Counted from the stretch's first letter, positions 1 to 9,137 are shown. The stretch: DNA of 64,000 bases from Alphaproteobacteria bacterium (GCA_015062245.1 SUVA01000004.1:11343-75342); one strand, 5' to 3'. Notes: a model not told the origin generated them from the sequence alone. Translations and numbers: made by a program.

Positions 1-574
1 CCGTCTGATTCAATCGTTCAAACGCTTGGCGCACAAGCGGAACAATCAAAGCACTGCCATCAAAAGATTTGGCATTATAAACATCTGTATCACGTTCTAT
101 CACATTAAAATCACCACCCAAAATAATTTGACGCCCTGATTGAAGCAAATTTTGAATATGGTTTGTTAAAGCGTTAAACCACAAAAGTTTATAATCCAAA
201 CGTGAAGTATCAGTCGGATTATTCATTGGTGGCGCACCGTTTGGCGCATAAACACAAATAATAATTTTACCATCGGGCAAAGTGGCCTGAATAAATCGGG
301 CCTGAGTTGGATCGGATTTAGGGCCGTTTGGCAATTCTCTTATCACATCCGTCAAAGGAAACTTTGATAAAAAAGCCACGCCGTTATAGGCTTTTTGTCC
401 CGAAATAACCGCATCATAGCCCAAACCTTTAAAATCCACAAATGGGAAATTTTCTTCGGTGGCTTTTATTTCCTGTAAAAACACAATATCCGGTTGATAT
501 TCTTTTAAAAATTTTTCCAACACAGGCATTCTGGATCGAACAGAAGCAACATTCCATGAAATTATTCTTTGCAT
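1..574 (-). CDS. xth: Exodeoxyribonuclease III, runs off window start
   Basis: Minus strand from ATG at 574 reads MQRIISWNVASVRSR...DIVFLQEIKA...YNGVA...CVYAPNG...GGDFNV, which are ExoIII/AP endonuclease motifs. Not in the ORF track because it is truncated by the window. Confidence 0.9.
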   Translation of the reverse strand, partial: MQRIISWNVASVRSRMPVLEKFLKEYQPDIVFLQEIKATEENFPFVDFKGLGYDAVISGQKAYNGVAFLSKFPLTDVIRELPNGPKSDPTQARFIQATLPDGKIIICVYAPNGAPPMNNPTDTSRLDYKLLWFNALTNHIQNLLQSGRQIILGGDFNVIERDTDVYNAKSFDGSALIVPLVRQAFERLNQT

Positions 575-604
575 TTTATTTTCCTTTGTGCTAATATCAA
601 AATC

Positions 605-1264
605 ATGACAAACAAAAAAGCTTTATTTTTAGCGATATTATCGCTGTTTTTATCCCAAAATGCAAGCGCATTTTGCGATAAAATTGCCACACGGGTTCAA
701 ATCACAACAAATCCCGGAAACGTTCAATATATCACCACATTGTCCAGATCCGATTTTATCCAAGGAAAAAAGCATAAAGTATCACCCAATACTTTGGGAT
801 TGACCGTGGCTGATTTAAGTATTTCCATTTCCGGAAAAACTCAGCCCAAAATAGAAAGACAGGGCAAACAAATCTGCGTCAGTTTGGATACACTGGCATT
901 TAAAATGGGTTATGAAAAAGGCGGATTAAAAGTTTATATTGATAAAAAATATAAACCCGGTTCATGCGAATACGAAGTCATTCGTGAACACGAAAATTAT
1001 CATGTTGCCGTTGCACAACAGGCGATGCTTTTCTTTAAACCGGATATTGAGGCAAAAATCCATGAAATTATTTCCAATATGCGTCCGCAAATTGTTACCT
1101 CGGAAAAAGATATTGATAAAGTAATTCAGGAACAAACAAAGCATGTTATCACGGAACTAACACCCCTTTTAACCCATATCAATCAAACGATTGCCAAAAA
1201 GAACGCCCAAATTGATACACCTGAATCTTATGAAAAAACACAGGCTTTATGTAAAAATTGGTAA
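605..1264 (+). CDS. Secreted hypothetical protein with HExxH motif (DUF922-like putative Zn peptidase)
   Basis: Signal peptide MTNKKALFLAILSLFLSQNASA; motif VIREHENYH. Confidence 0.55.
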   Translation: MTNKKALFLAILSLFLSQNASAFCDKIATRVQITTNPGNVQYITTLSRSDFIQGKKHKVSPNTLGLTVADLSISISGKTQPKIERQGKQICVSLDTLAFKMGYEKGGLKVYIDKKYKPGSCEYEVIREHENYHVAVAQQAMLFFKPDIEAKIHEIISNMRPQIVTSEKDIDKVIQEQTKHVITELTPLLTHINQTIAKKNAQIDTPESYEKTQALCKNW

Positions 1265-2230
1265 TTAAAACCATTTGATGCGTTTAATTAAATACAGCTG
1301 AAACGCAACCATACACAACAGTATCACGCAAATAAAAGCAAAGCCGTAAGGATTATCATTAAAAGGAATACCACCGATATTGGCCCCCAACAGCCCTGTT
1401 ACAAAAGTAAGCGGGGTAAAAATAACCATCACCAAGCTCATCAAATACATCGTTCGGCTGATATTGATATTTGTTTGCGAATCCAATTCTTCTTGTGTCA
1501 ACTTTGAATGGTCTTTGGCAAATTCCAATCCGTCCACAACGGCCGTTAAATCTCGGGCATTTTCACTGAAACGGGCCAAATTTGCTTCGGAAAAAAAGGT
1601 AAAATCCGTTTTTTCCAACAAACGCATCACATCCCTTTGGGGCAAAATATAACGCTTTAAACCAACAACCATATAACGAAGATTACTGAGTGTTTCACGA
1701 AGACTTTCATCTTGGCGAATTCCATTGCCACGAATCACATTTTCTTCCAAATCATCCAAAGAATCATTGATGGTGAAAAAGGATTCTTCTATTTGTTTGG
1801 TCATTTGCGATAACAAAAGCGACAAACAATCCCCCAGTGTTTCAGGTCCTTTTTTACGACGCAGTTTTTCCAAAATCTTGCTGATGGAAGCAACGGGACG
1901 GTGTGACAGGGTCAACAATCGGTTTTGGGTCATCCAAATACGCACGGCAATCATATCGTCATCTTCACCTTTTCGGGGATTCACACCACGCACCACCAAC
2001 AGCAGGCCTTTTTTATGACGAAAGCATCGGGGGGTTGTATCCGCATCAATCAGGTTTTCAAAAACCGTTTCATCAAACTTTAAACTTTTCAACCATTGTA
2101 AATTATCTTCATCGGCATAGTCAATATGAATCCAAACCGGTGATTTTAAGCGTGGCTTAACATCCGACAGGCGAATATTTTTGGCACTGCCATTACCATC
2201 CAATACTTTGCAAAATTGAGGCGTGCTCAT
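1265..2230 (-). CDS. zntB: CorA/ZntB family divalent cation (Zn/Mg) transporter
   Basis: WIHID, LRGVN-like segment, two C-terminal TM helices with the GANIGGIP signature variant. Confidence 0.85.
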   Translation of the reverse strand: MSTPQFCKVLDGNGSAKNIRLSDVKPRLKSPVWIHIDYADEDNLQWLKSLKFDETVFENLIDADTTPRCFRHKKGLLLVVRGVNPRKGEDDDMIAVRIWMTQNRLLTLSHRPVASISKILEKLRRKKGPETLGDCLSLLLSQMTKQIEESFFTINDSLDDLEENVIRGNGIRQDESLRETLSNLRYMVVGLKRYILPQRDVMRLLEKTDFTFFSEANLARFSENARDLTAVVDGLEFAKDHSKLTQEELDSQTNINISRTMYLMSLVMVIFTPLTFVTGLLGANIGGIPFNDNPYGFAFICVILLCMVAFQLYLIKRIKWF

Positions 2231-2272
2231 GTGATTTCTCCCCCTTTTTCACAGAACAACTTTAAACAAAGT

Positions 2273-2866
2273 TTATTCAATACAACAATCAACGGCTTTA
2301 CGCACAACCGCTTTTAATTTGCCGAAAATACCAGTGGCAGGCACAGTTTCAACCTCGGCTTTTTTTTCCGTTTTTTGAGCGACCGATTTTGTCAATTCAG
2401 CAACTTCTTTTTGAACGTCTTCCAAATTATCGGGCTTCCATGCGATATCTTTGGTATCCACCAAGTTCATATTCAAACCCCAAAACAAACAGTATAAATC
2501 ATAGGCCTGAGTGAACAATTGATTAGCCTTTTCTTTATGTCCCATGGATTGTTGTTTTGTCCCCACTTCCATCAAACGCATAGAGGTGGCCAACAAATGT
2601 TTGGAAATACACCATACTTCGCCTTCATAGGACGGAATAATTTGCAACATTAAATTTTTGCGCAATTCACGCACATCCTGAACCAAATCATAAAAGCTGT
2701 CTTTACCCGTTTTAGCACCGGAAAAAATCAGATGTTCTTCAATGGAAATAAGGTTCATGATGGCAATTGTTAAATCCTGATCTGATGACAAATCTTTGGG
2801 ATTTTTCTTTTTGGTGGCATCCACACGTTCCACAAATTCTTTAACTGATTCTGCTTTTTTAATCAT
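2273..2866 (-). CDS. Conserved hypothetical protein, C-terminal DCCIE
   Basis: 197-aa ORF with AGGAG RBS; helical; WCISKH motif. Confidence 0.7.
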   Translation of the reverse strand: MIKKAESVKEFVERVDATKKKNPKDLSSDQDLTIAIMNLISIEEHLIFSGAKTGKDSFYDLVQDVRELRKNLMLQIIPSYEGEVWCISKHLLATSMRLMEVGTKQQSMGHKEKANQLFTQAYDLYCLFWGLNMNLVDTKDIAWKPDNLEDVQKEVAELTKSVAQKTEKKAEVETVPATGIFGKLKAVVRKAVDCCIE

Positions 2867-2878
2867 TTTTTTACTCCT

Positions 2879-3415
2879 TTAATTTAAAATAAAGACTTCC
2901 TTGCATTCGCACAAGTTTGTGCCGCCAAAAATCCAGCACACAAACAAATCCAAAGCGATGGGAATTAAAACTTTTTCAAACGGAAAATGGGCATGCCCCC
3001 CGTTTTTTTCCTTTAACCAACCATACAAATGAACCCCTGAAATATGGGCAATCGCCCCCCATAAAGTGGCCCACAAAAATGAATCAATATAAAACAAATT
3101 CCAATGCAACATCGGTTTATAGGTCAAAGTATTGATATAAACAAAACCCACCGTTGACAAAGATAAAGCCATTAAAATAAAATTACGACCTTTGAAATTC
3201 CAATTTCTTTTTTCAAAAAAGCGAATAAACCAATATCCCAAAATGGCCAACAAAGCACCAAATAAAACACCGACCACTTCGTCTTTTACACCCAATTTAC
3301 GGGCAATTCCCAAAGACGCCCCCAACACCAACGGACACAATGTTGTGCAAGCCGGATTGGCACGCAACGATGTTGCAAACATTGTCAAAATCCCAAGAAT
3401 CCCTAACTTTTTCAT
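2879..3415 (-). CDS. Hypothetical membrane protein with N-terminal CxxxC
   Basis: Signal peptide followed by NPACTTLCP and several hydrophobic segments; AGGAG RBS. Confidence 0.7.
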   Translation of the reverse strand: MKKLGILGILTMFATSLRANPACTTLCPLVLGASLGIARKLGVKDEVVGVLFGALLAILGYWFIRFFEKRNWNFKGRNFILMALSLSTVGFVYINTLTYKPMLHWNLFYIDSFLWATLWGAIAHISGVHLYGWLKEKNGGHAHFPFEKVLIPIALDLFVCWIFGGTNLCECKEVFILN

Positions 3416-3499
3416 ACTTGACTCCTTTAATATGCCAAAACTTATTGTTGTTTAGCATAGTTTTAATTCAATTGCAAGCAAAAAAATCAAAAAGAAAAA

Positions 3500-4135
3500 C
3501 TATTGACTCACCCAAATAACACGGGCCATCCACTTGATATCAGCAGGCTTTAACAAAACGTCATCACAATCCGGATTTAATGATTTTAATTCAACTTGAT
3601 TCATGGAACGGCGAATAAATTCTTTGACCATCACTTCACCCGACACTGTTTTGGTTATCACACGATCACCTTTGCGGATTTCAGAATCGGGCGCTACAAT
3701 CAATTTATCACCATCACGATAGACAGGCTCCATACTGTTACCGGAAACTTCCAAAGCATAAACTTTTTTATCTATCGTCAAAGGAAATTCAACCGAATCC
3801 CAATCATCCGATAGAATCGGCCATCCGTCCGAATCAAAATAACCCGAACGCCCCGCTTTGGCCAAACCGATAAGCGGTATCATATTCTTTGGCATCGGAC
3901 AGGGTTGCCCCGCAAACGCCATAAACTCAAAAACAGTTGTATTGGTCGCCTTTAAAACTTTATTCATACTTTCGGTGGATGGCCAACGTTTGCGCCCATC
4001 AGCACCAATACGTTTGGATTTATTAAAACTGGTGGGATCCAAACCAGCCTTTTGTGCCAAAGCCGACAAAGACAGACCTTTATTTTGCGCCAATCTTTCC
4101 AAACCAAGCCATATTTCATTATAGGATAAGTGCAT
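3500..4135 (-). CDS. HTH + S24 peptidase CI/LexA-like repressor (RogA-like alphaproteobacterial family)
   Basis: N-terminal LSALAQKAGLDPTSFNKSKR...RWPSTES; Ala-Gly site (LAKAG); catalytic VSGNSM Ser and VMVK Lys. Confidence 0.9.
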   Translation of the reverse strand: MHLSYNEIWLGLERLAQNKGLSLSALAQKAGLDPTSFNKSKRIGADGRKRWPSTESMNKVLKATNTTVFEFMAFAGQPCPMPKNMIPLIGLAKAGRSGYFDSDGWPILSDDWDSVEFPLTIDKKVYALEVSGNSMEPVYRDGDKLIVAPDSEIRKGDRVITKTVSGEVMVKEFIRRSMNQVELKSLNPDCDDVLLKPADIKWMARVIWVSQ

Positions 4136-4165
4136 CTTGTTCCTTTCTCTTATTAGTTGTAAATA

Positions 4166-4208
4166 ACCTTAGCATATTTTCAGATGTTTGTCAATAGGAT
4201 TTTTTTCT
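4166..4208 (-). promoter_or_regulatory. Repressor promoter (TTGACA-17-TAAGGT, TGn extended) with degenerate operator just upstream
   Basis: Minus-strand TTGACA 4194-4189 and -10 at 4171-4166; GGAT-TTTT-TTCT at 4197-4208 is a 2-mismatch GGAA-N4-TTCC. Confidence 0.55.
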
Positions 4209-4243
4209 TATTTTTATCTTGACATTCATAAAAAAATATGTTA

Positions 4244-4258
4244 GTTCTCGTTTTGTTC
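4244..4258 (+). promoter_or_regulatory. Alphaproteobacterial LexA (SOS) box GTTC-N7-GTTC
   Basis: GTTCTCGTTTTGTTC overlaps the -10/+1 region of a promoter with TTGACA at 4219-4224. Confidence 0.75.
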
Positions 4259-4284
4259 TTTTTTTATTAACCGAGGAGAAAAAT

Positions 4285-4644
4285 ATGAAGAATAAATATC
4301 TATCATCTGTTGATACCAGACAAACAACACCTTTTTCTTCCAGTGAAGAGGCGTGGTTTTGGTACTGTTTATGTGAAAATTTAAAACACGAAAGAAGCCA
4401 TGGGGGAGAATCCAAAATTGCACGCCCGTGCGAATCGGCCGACATCGCCATTGCCGTAAAAAGATTGATGAAAAACGGCACATTAAAATCAGAACATTTA
4501 AAAGTATTAGCCAAATATGGTTACGCCCAAATTCCCCCACACGAACATTTTGGGGACACACCGAAAATTTGCCGTCTGTGGCAAGAAGGTTTAAAGTTTT
4601 TGGAAAATCTTTTAAAACAAAAAGGAATCGTTTATGCCACATAA
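4285..4644 (+). CDS. Conserved hypothetical protein, candidate activator/antiterminator of the virion module
   Basis: GAGGAG RBS; PFSSSEEAWFW...RPCE...LW.EGL...KGIV; divergent from the repressor. Confidence 0.7.
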   Translation: MKNKYLSSVDTRQTTPFSSSEEAWFWYCLCENLKHERSHGGESKIARPCESADIAIAVKRLMKNGTLKSEHLKVLAKYGYAQIPPHEHFGDTPKICRLWQEGLKFLENLLKQKGIVYAT

Positions 4645-4659
4645 AATAAGGAGTTTCAC

Positions 4660-5067
4660 ATGATAAAGACACCTCAAATAAACGCTTATCGTTTTCCTTT
4701 TGCCTATGTGGCCTTTGGTGGAAATCCAACACATTGGTGGACACGTTTTTTAAAAAAGGGATTTTATCATTGTGTCCTTTTAATCGGAAACGGCTTTGAA
4801 TGGATTTTAATTGATCCCGTTATGCATTATACGGATTTAATTTTAATGCACCAACGCTATGCACCTGAGATTTTAAAGCACAAAGGTTACCGTTTAATTC
4901 GCACAACGCTTACCTTGCCACAAACGGTTTCTTTTCATTTAAGACCCATGACATGCGTTGAAACGGTCAAGCGTTTTTTAGGGATCAGCAATCCCAAAAT
5001 TTGGACACCATATCAACTGTTTTTATATCTTAAATCACAAAAAAGGAAAATTTTCCTTGACAAATGA
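4660..5067 (+). CDS. Hypothetical phage-associated protein, possibly permuted papain/NlpC-P60-like
   Basis: GFYHC...TCVETVKRFLGI...WTPYQL (His before Cys); AGGAG RBS. Confidence 0.6.
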   Translation: MIKTPQINAYRFPFAYVAFGGNPTHWWTRFLKKGFYHCVLLIGNGFEWILIDPVMHYTDLILMHQRYAPEILKHKGYRLIRTTLTLPQTVSFHLRPMTCVETVKRFLGISNPKIWTPYQLFLYLKSQKRKIFLDK

Positions 5068-5085
5068 AAAATTTTATGCTATAAT
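5043..5085 (+). promoter_or_regulatory. Consensus sigma70 promoter with 16-bp palindromic operator abutting the -35
   Basis: AAGGAAAATTTTCCTT (5043-5058), TTGACA 5057-5062, 17-bp spacer, TGC-TATAAT 5080-5085. Confidence 0.85.
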
Positions 5086-5115
5086 GCGAATCAATTAAAA
5101 GATAGAAGTGTATCC

Positions 5116-5150
5116 AAAAGAACTTTTCACATTGTGAAAGGTTCTTTTTT
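5116..5150 (+). terminator. Intrinsic terminator inside the leader of the virion operon
   Basis: Stem AAAAGAACTTTTCAC / ATT / GTGAAAGGTTCTTTT ending in a T run; lies between the promoter and the portal ATG (5186). Confidence 0.7.
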
Positions 5151-5185
5151 CTATTTTTAGTTGCAATCAACCAAAAGGAGAAAAA

Positions 5186-6652
5186 ATGTCCGATATCAAA
5201 AAATTGTATCAAATGTATCAACAAAGCGTTCAACAACGATCTGATTGGGAATCTGTTTGGCAGGAATGTTATGCCTATGCCCTGCCAAGTCGACAAACAA
5301 CATTTTCACCCAATGCCGGCAAAATTTCCGATTTATATGATGCCACCGCTTTGGATGCCACAGACCAATTGGCCGCTTTAATCTTATCCGAATTGACACC
5401 GCCTTGGATTCAATGGTTTCAATTAAATGCCGGGGAAGAATTATCCTCAGGTGAAAAAATCCAAATCGCACCGACCTTAAATAAAATTTCAAATACCTTG
5501 CAATCTCATTTGGACAGATCCAACTTTGCGACCGAAATCCATCAATGTTATTTGGATTTAATCACGGTCGGAACAGCCTGTTTATTATTTGAACAAAACG
5601 ATATCGGTTCGTCATCGGCTTTTAAATTCACCGCCATACCGTTAAACGAAATATGTTTGGCCGAAGGCAAAAACGGCAGATTAGATAAAGTTTTCAGAAG
5701 TTTTTCCTTAGACGAAGAAAGTTTCGTTTCCAAATTCGGCATTCATAAACTGCCCAAACGTGATAAAAATGACAAAACACCTTTGCGCATTATAGAAGCT
5801 TTAATTCCCTGTGCCAAAGGCGGATATACACTCACTTGCTTTTTAGATCCCAATTGCCAGTCTTTCTCAGGCGATAATCAGGAGTCACCTTTCCTCCTGA
5901 GCGAAACACATTACACCACTTCGCCGTTTATCGCTTTCCGCTGGCTGAAAGCACCGGGGGAAATTTACGGGCGTTCCCCTGTCATGAAAGCTTTACCCGA
6001 TATTAAAACAGCCAACAAAGTCGTGGAATTGATTTTGAAAAACGCCACGATTGCCGTGACAGGTATCTGGTTAGCCGAAGATGATGGTGTGCTCAACCCC
6101 GCCACCATCAATCTGACCCCCGGTGCGATTATTCCAAAAGCCGTCGGCTCCAAAGGTTTAACGCCTTTGGAAGCCCCCGGCAAGTTTGATGTTTCGCAAT
6201 TGGTCATCAAGGATTTGCGTGAACGTATTCGTCATGCATTATTGGGCGATAAATTAGGAACGGTTTGTGATGAAATGAAAATGACCGCCACCGAAGTTTT
6301 GGAACGAAGCGAAGAAATGATTCGCATTTTGGGTGCCACCTATGGTCGTTTACAATCGGAACTTTTAACACCATTGATTGAAAGGGCTATTTGTATTTTA
6401 CGCAAACGTGGCGAAATTCCCGAAATCTTTTTGGACGGCCATTTATTAAACGTCAGCTATAAATCACCACGGGCCGAAAATCAGGCCAAAAAAGAAGCGC
6501 AAAATGCTTTTGCTTGGCTATCGGCTGTATCAGGTTTAGGAAATGAAGTTTTAAGCAAAATGAACACTGATGAAATTTTAAAATGGCTGACCGAAAAAAT
6601 GGGATTGCCCGCCAATTTTGTTCAATTACAACCAACCGAAGGCACACCATGA
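5186..6652 (+). CDS. Podovirus-type portal (head-tail connector, T7 gp8-like)
   Basis: WQECYAYALP, YDATA, PPWIQWF, RWLKAPGEIYGRSP, MTATEV...LGATYGRLQSELL motifs. Confidence 0.92.
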   Translation: MSDIKKLYQMYQQSVQQRSDWESVWQECYAYALPSRQTTFSPNAGKISDLYDATALDATDQLAALILSELTPPWIQWFQLNAGEELSSGEKIQIAPTLNKISNTLQSHLDRSNFATEIHQCYLDLITVGTACLLFEQNDIGSSSAFKFTAIPLNEICLAEGKNGRLDKVFRSFSLDEESFVSKFGIHKLPKRDKNDKTPLRIIEALIPCAKGGYTLTCFLDPNCQSFSGDNQESPFLLSETHYTTSPFIAFRWLKAPGEIYGRSPVMKALPDIKTANKVVELILKNATIAVTGIWLAEDDGVLNPATINLTPGAIIPKAVGSKGLTPLEAPGKFDVSQLVIKDLRERIRHALLGDKLGTVCDEMKMTATEVLERSEEMIRILGATYGRLQSELLTPLIERAICILRKRGEIPEIFLDGHLLNVSYKSPRAENQAKKEAQNAFAWLSAVSGLGNEVLSKMNTDEILKWLTEKMGLPANFVQLQPTEGTP

Positions 6653-6846
6653 TTCGCTTTGCCCGTGCTTTTACCAGATTGGCCTCAACAACGGACGGCA
6701 AAACCGCCTTGGATTATTTGCGTCAAAAAATATCAAACCGCATTTTGCCCCCTCAGGCATCCAATCAGGAACTGTGGTATTTGGAAGGTCAACGTGCCTT
6801 GATTGCCACAATGGAACGTTTAATTCAAAAAGGAAAACAACCTTAA
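6649..6846 (+). CDS. Small phage protein (Bbp19-like) between portal and scaffold
   Basis: ATGA overlap with the portal stop; DGKTALDYLR...LEGQRAL motif. Confidence 0.7.
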   Translation: MIRFARAFTRLASTTDGKTALDYLRQKISNRILPPQASNQELWYLEGQRALIATMERLIQKGKQP

Positions 6847-6860
6847 ACAAAGGAAATTAT

Positions 6861-7532
6861 ATGAACCAACAAGAAAACAAAATCACCAAAACAAATGATA
6901 CCCCCGCTATTCCCGAAAAATTTTTAACCAAAGAGGGAGTGTTAAATTCAGATGAATTATTAAAATCATATTTAGCTTTGGAAAAAAAGATGAGTGCCCC
7001 CAAACAAACACCAAACGGCACTTTGCCCAACAAAGCCGATGATTATAAAATCACCCCAAAAGACCCATTGTTGGTATCTGATTCAATCATCAACAAACGA
7101 TTGTTTGAATTAGGATTGACCAACGAACAAGTGCAAGGTGTTTATGATATAGCGGCCGATTTTATTTTACCCCAATTGGAAAACTTTGCCCGTCAGGTTG
7201 GGTGCGACAAAGAATTAAAAGCTTTGGAAGATGAATTTGGCGGTGCTGATTGTTTTAACAATGTCGCCCGTGAATTGTCCGCATGGGGCGAAAAAAATTT
7301 AGATCAAAAAACTTTTGAAATTTTATCATCCACAAAAGACGGTGTTTTAACACTTTACCGCATGATGCAATCACAACAAGAATCACCCGTCATCAAAGGC
7401 AAAAGCCGTTTAAACCCGATGGATGACGAAAAAACTTTGCGCCGATTGATGCAAGATCCCAAATATTGGAAAGATCAGGATCCCGAATTGGTCGGCCGAA
7501 TTGAAAAAGGATTTAAACGTTTATACGGTTAA
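6861..7532 (+). CDS. Capsid assembly scaffolding protein (T7 gp9-like)
   Basis: IPEKF...LLKSYLALEKKM and C-terminal MQDPKYW motifs; sits immediately before the capsid gene. Confidence 0.8.
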   Translation: MNQQENKITKTNDTPAIPEKFLTKEGVLNSDELLKSYLALEKKMSAPKQTPNGTLPNKADDYKITPKDPLLVSDSIINKRLFELGLTNEQVQGVYDIAADFILPQLENFARQVGCDKELKALEDEFGGADCFNNVARELSAWGEKNLDQKTFEILSSTKDGVLTLYRMMQSQQESPVIKGKSRLNPMDDEKTLRRLMQDPKYWKDQDPELVGRIEKGFKRLYG

Positions 7533-7650
7533 ATCTTTTTTTTGACGGATAAGCCCAGCGCCCCGTTTTTTTCACAGCCCTGAATAAAGGCGAAGATTTT
7601 CTTCACAACCTTTGATAAGGATTTTTTAAACTTATAATATGGAGAAAATA

Positions 7651-8499
7651 ATGACAACTTCAAACACAATTGACGCTTCATTTGTTAAACACTTTGAAGC
7701 CGATGTCCACACTGCCTATCAACAACAAGGTTCTAAATTACGCAACACCGTCCGTTTTAAAGGCGGTATTACCGGTTCCAGCACAACCTTTCAGGTTATC
7801 GGCACACAAACAGCCAACCAAAAATCATCCCGCAACGCCCAATTGACACCGGCCGCCATCACGCACGCACCGGTGGAATGCACTTTGTCCGATTGGTATG
7901 CCGGTCAATGGATTGATAAATTGGATGAATTAAAGGTCGGCCATGACGAACGCAAAGTTTTGGCCACAGCCGGTGCCTATGCTTTGGGACGCAAAACAGA
8001 CGAATTGATTATTTCCGTATTGGAAAATGCCACCCAAACAATCGGGGACGGTTCAACCGCTTTGACAAAAGAAAACATTTTGCAGGCCTTTCAAAAACTC
8101 AACGCCGCCAATGTCCCCGATGATGGCGAACGTTATGCCTTGGTGGGACCGGCACAATGGAATCAATTGTTGAGCTTGGATGAATTTTCAAACGCCAACT
8201 ATGTGGGGGATGCGCATCCTTTATTGACAGGTTCCGAAACACGCAAATGGATGGGAATCAATTGGATTATGCACACCGGATTGCCCACAGAAGGTGCCGG
8301 TGATTCAGCCGCCACAACCTGTTTTATTTATCATAAATCCGCTGTTGGTTTGGCCGCCGGTCAGGATATCACAACCGATATCACATGGCATGGCGATTAT
8401 GCCGCCCATTATGTCAATAATATGATGAGCCAAGGCGCCACTTTGATTGATGATAACGGTGTTGTCAAAATTGTTTGTCAGGATAAATTCAGCGCCTGA
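7651..8499 (+). CDS. Major capsid protein, podovirus type
   Basis: FVKHFEADVHTAYQQQGSKLRNTVR, IDKLDELK, YALGRKTDELII; GGAG RBS. Confidence 0.9.
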   Translation: MTTSNTIDASFVKHFEADVHTAYQQQGSKLRNTVRFKGGITGSSTTFQVIGTQTANQKSSRNAQLTPAAITHAPVECTLSDWYAGQWIDKLDELKVGHDERKVLATAGAYALGRKTDELIISVLENATQTIGDGSTALTKENILQAFQKLNAANVPDDGERYALVGPAQWNQLLSLDEFSNANYVGDAHPLLTGSETRKWMGINWIMHTGLPTEGAGDSAATTCFIYHKSAVGLAAGQDITTDITWHGDYAAHYVNNMMSQGATLIDDNGVVKIVCQDKFSA

Positions 8500-8514
8500 T
8501 TTTTTTAAACACTT

Positions 8515-8550
8515 TCCCCCCTTTGTTTTTTTTTTCAAAGGGGGATTTTT
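8515..8550 (+). terminator. Terminator after the capsid gene (T7 T-phi-like position)
   Basis: CCCCCTTTG / CAAAGGGGG hairpin followed by ATTTTT. Confidence 0.65.
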
Positions 8551-8567
8551 CATACAAAAGGAACAAT

Positions 8568-9137
8568 ATGTCATACACAAACATTGATTTATGCTCACGG
8601 GCTTTGGTTGAATTGGGTGCCAACAGTATCTCTTCTTTTGATGAAGCGTCCGCAGAAGCCAAAGTAGCCGCCCAACTTTATCAACCGACTTTGGAAAATT
8701 TGTTGGCATCTTATCCATGGCGTTTTGCATTAAAACAAAAATCATTGGGCCAATTACAAACAAAACCCATCAGCGATTATCAATACGCCTTTCAATTACC
8801 CAATAATTGTTTGCGTATCTTATCGGCCGGCCAAAATGTCAAAAGTTCAGGATTACAGTATAAAATTGTCGGGTCTTGTTTATATACCAACGCACCGTCA
8901 GTTGTTTTAAGCTATATTGAAAAACCGGATGAAAGCAGTTTTCCGGCTTTTTTTGTGAAAGCCTTTATTTCTGCATTAGCCGGCGAATTCTGTCTGCCAT
9001 TGACCGAAAGCACCACACGCACGGATTATATGCGCAAAATTGCCGATACGGAATTAAAACAGGCCCGATTGGTGGATTCACAACAATCCGTCAATCCTTG
9101 TTTTCAGGATTTTTCTTTAATTGAGGTGCGCACATGA
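8568..9137 (+). CDS. Tail tubular protein A / adaptor (T7 gp11-like)
   Basis: IDLCSRALVELGA...ISSFDE...YPWRFA...YAFQLP. Confidence 0.85.
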   Translation: MSYTNIDLCSRALVELGANSISSFDEASAEAKVAAQLYQPTLENLLASYPWRFALKQKSLGQLQTKPISDYQYAFQLPNNCLRILSAGQNVKSSGLQYKIVGSCLYTNAPSVVLSYIEKPDESSFPAFFVKAFISALAGEFCLPLTESTTRTDYMRKIADTELKQARLVDSQQSVNPCFQDFSLIEVRT

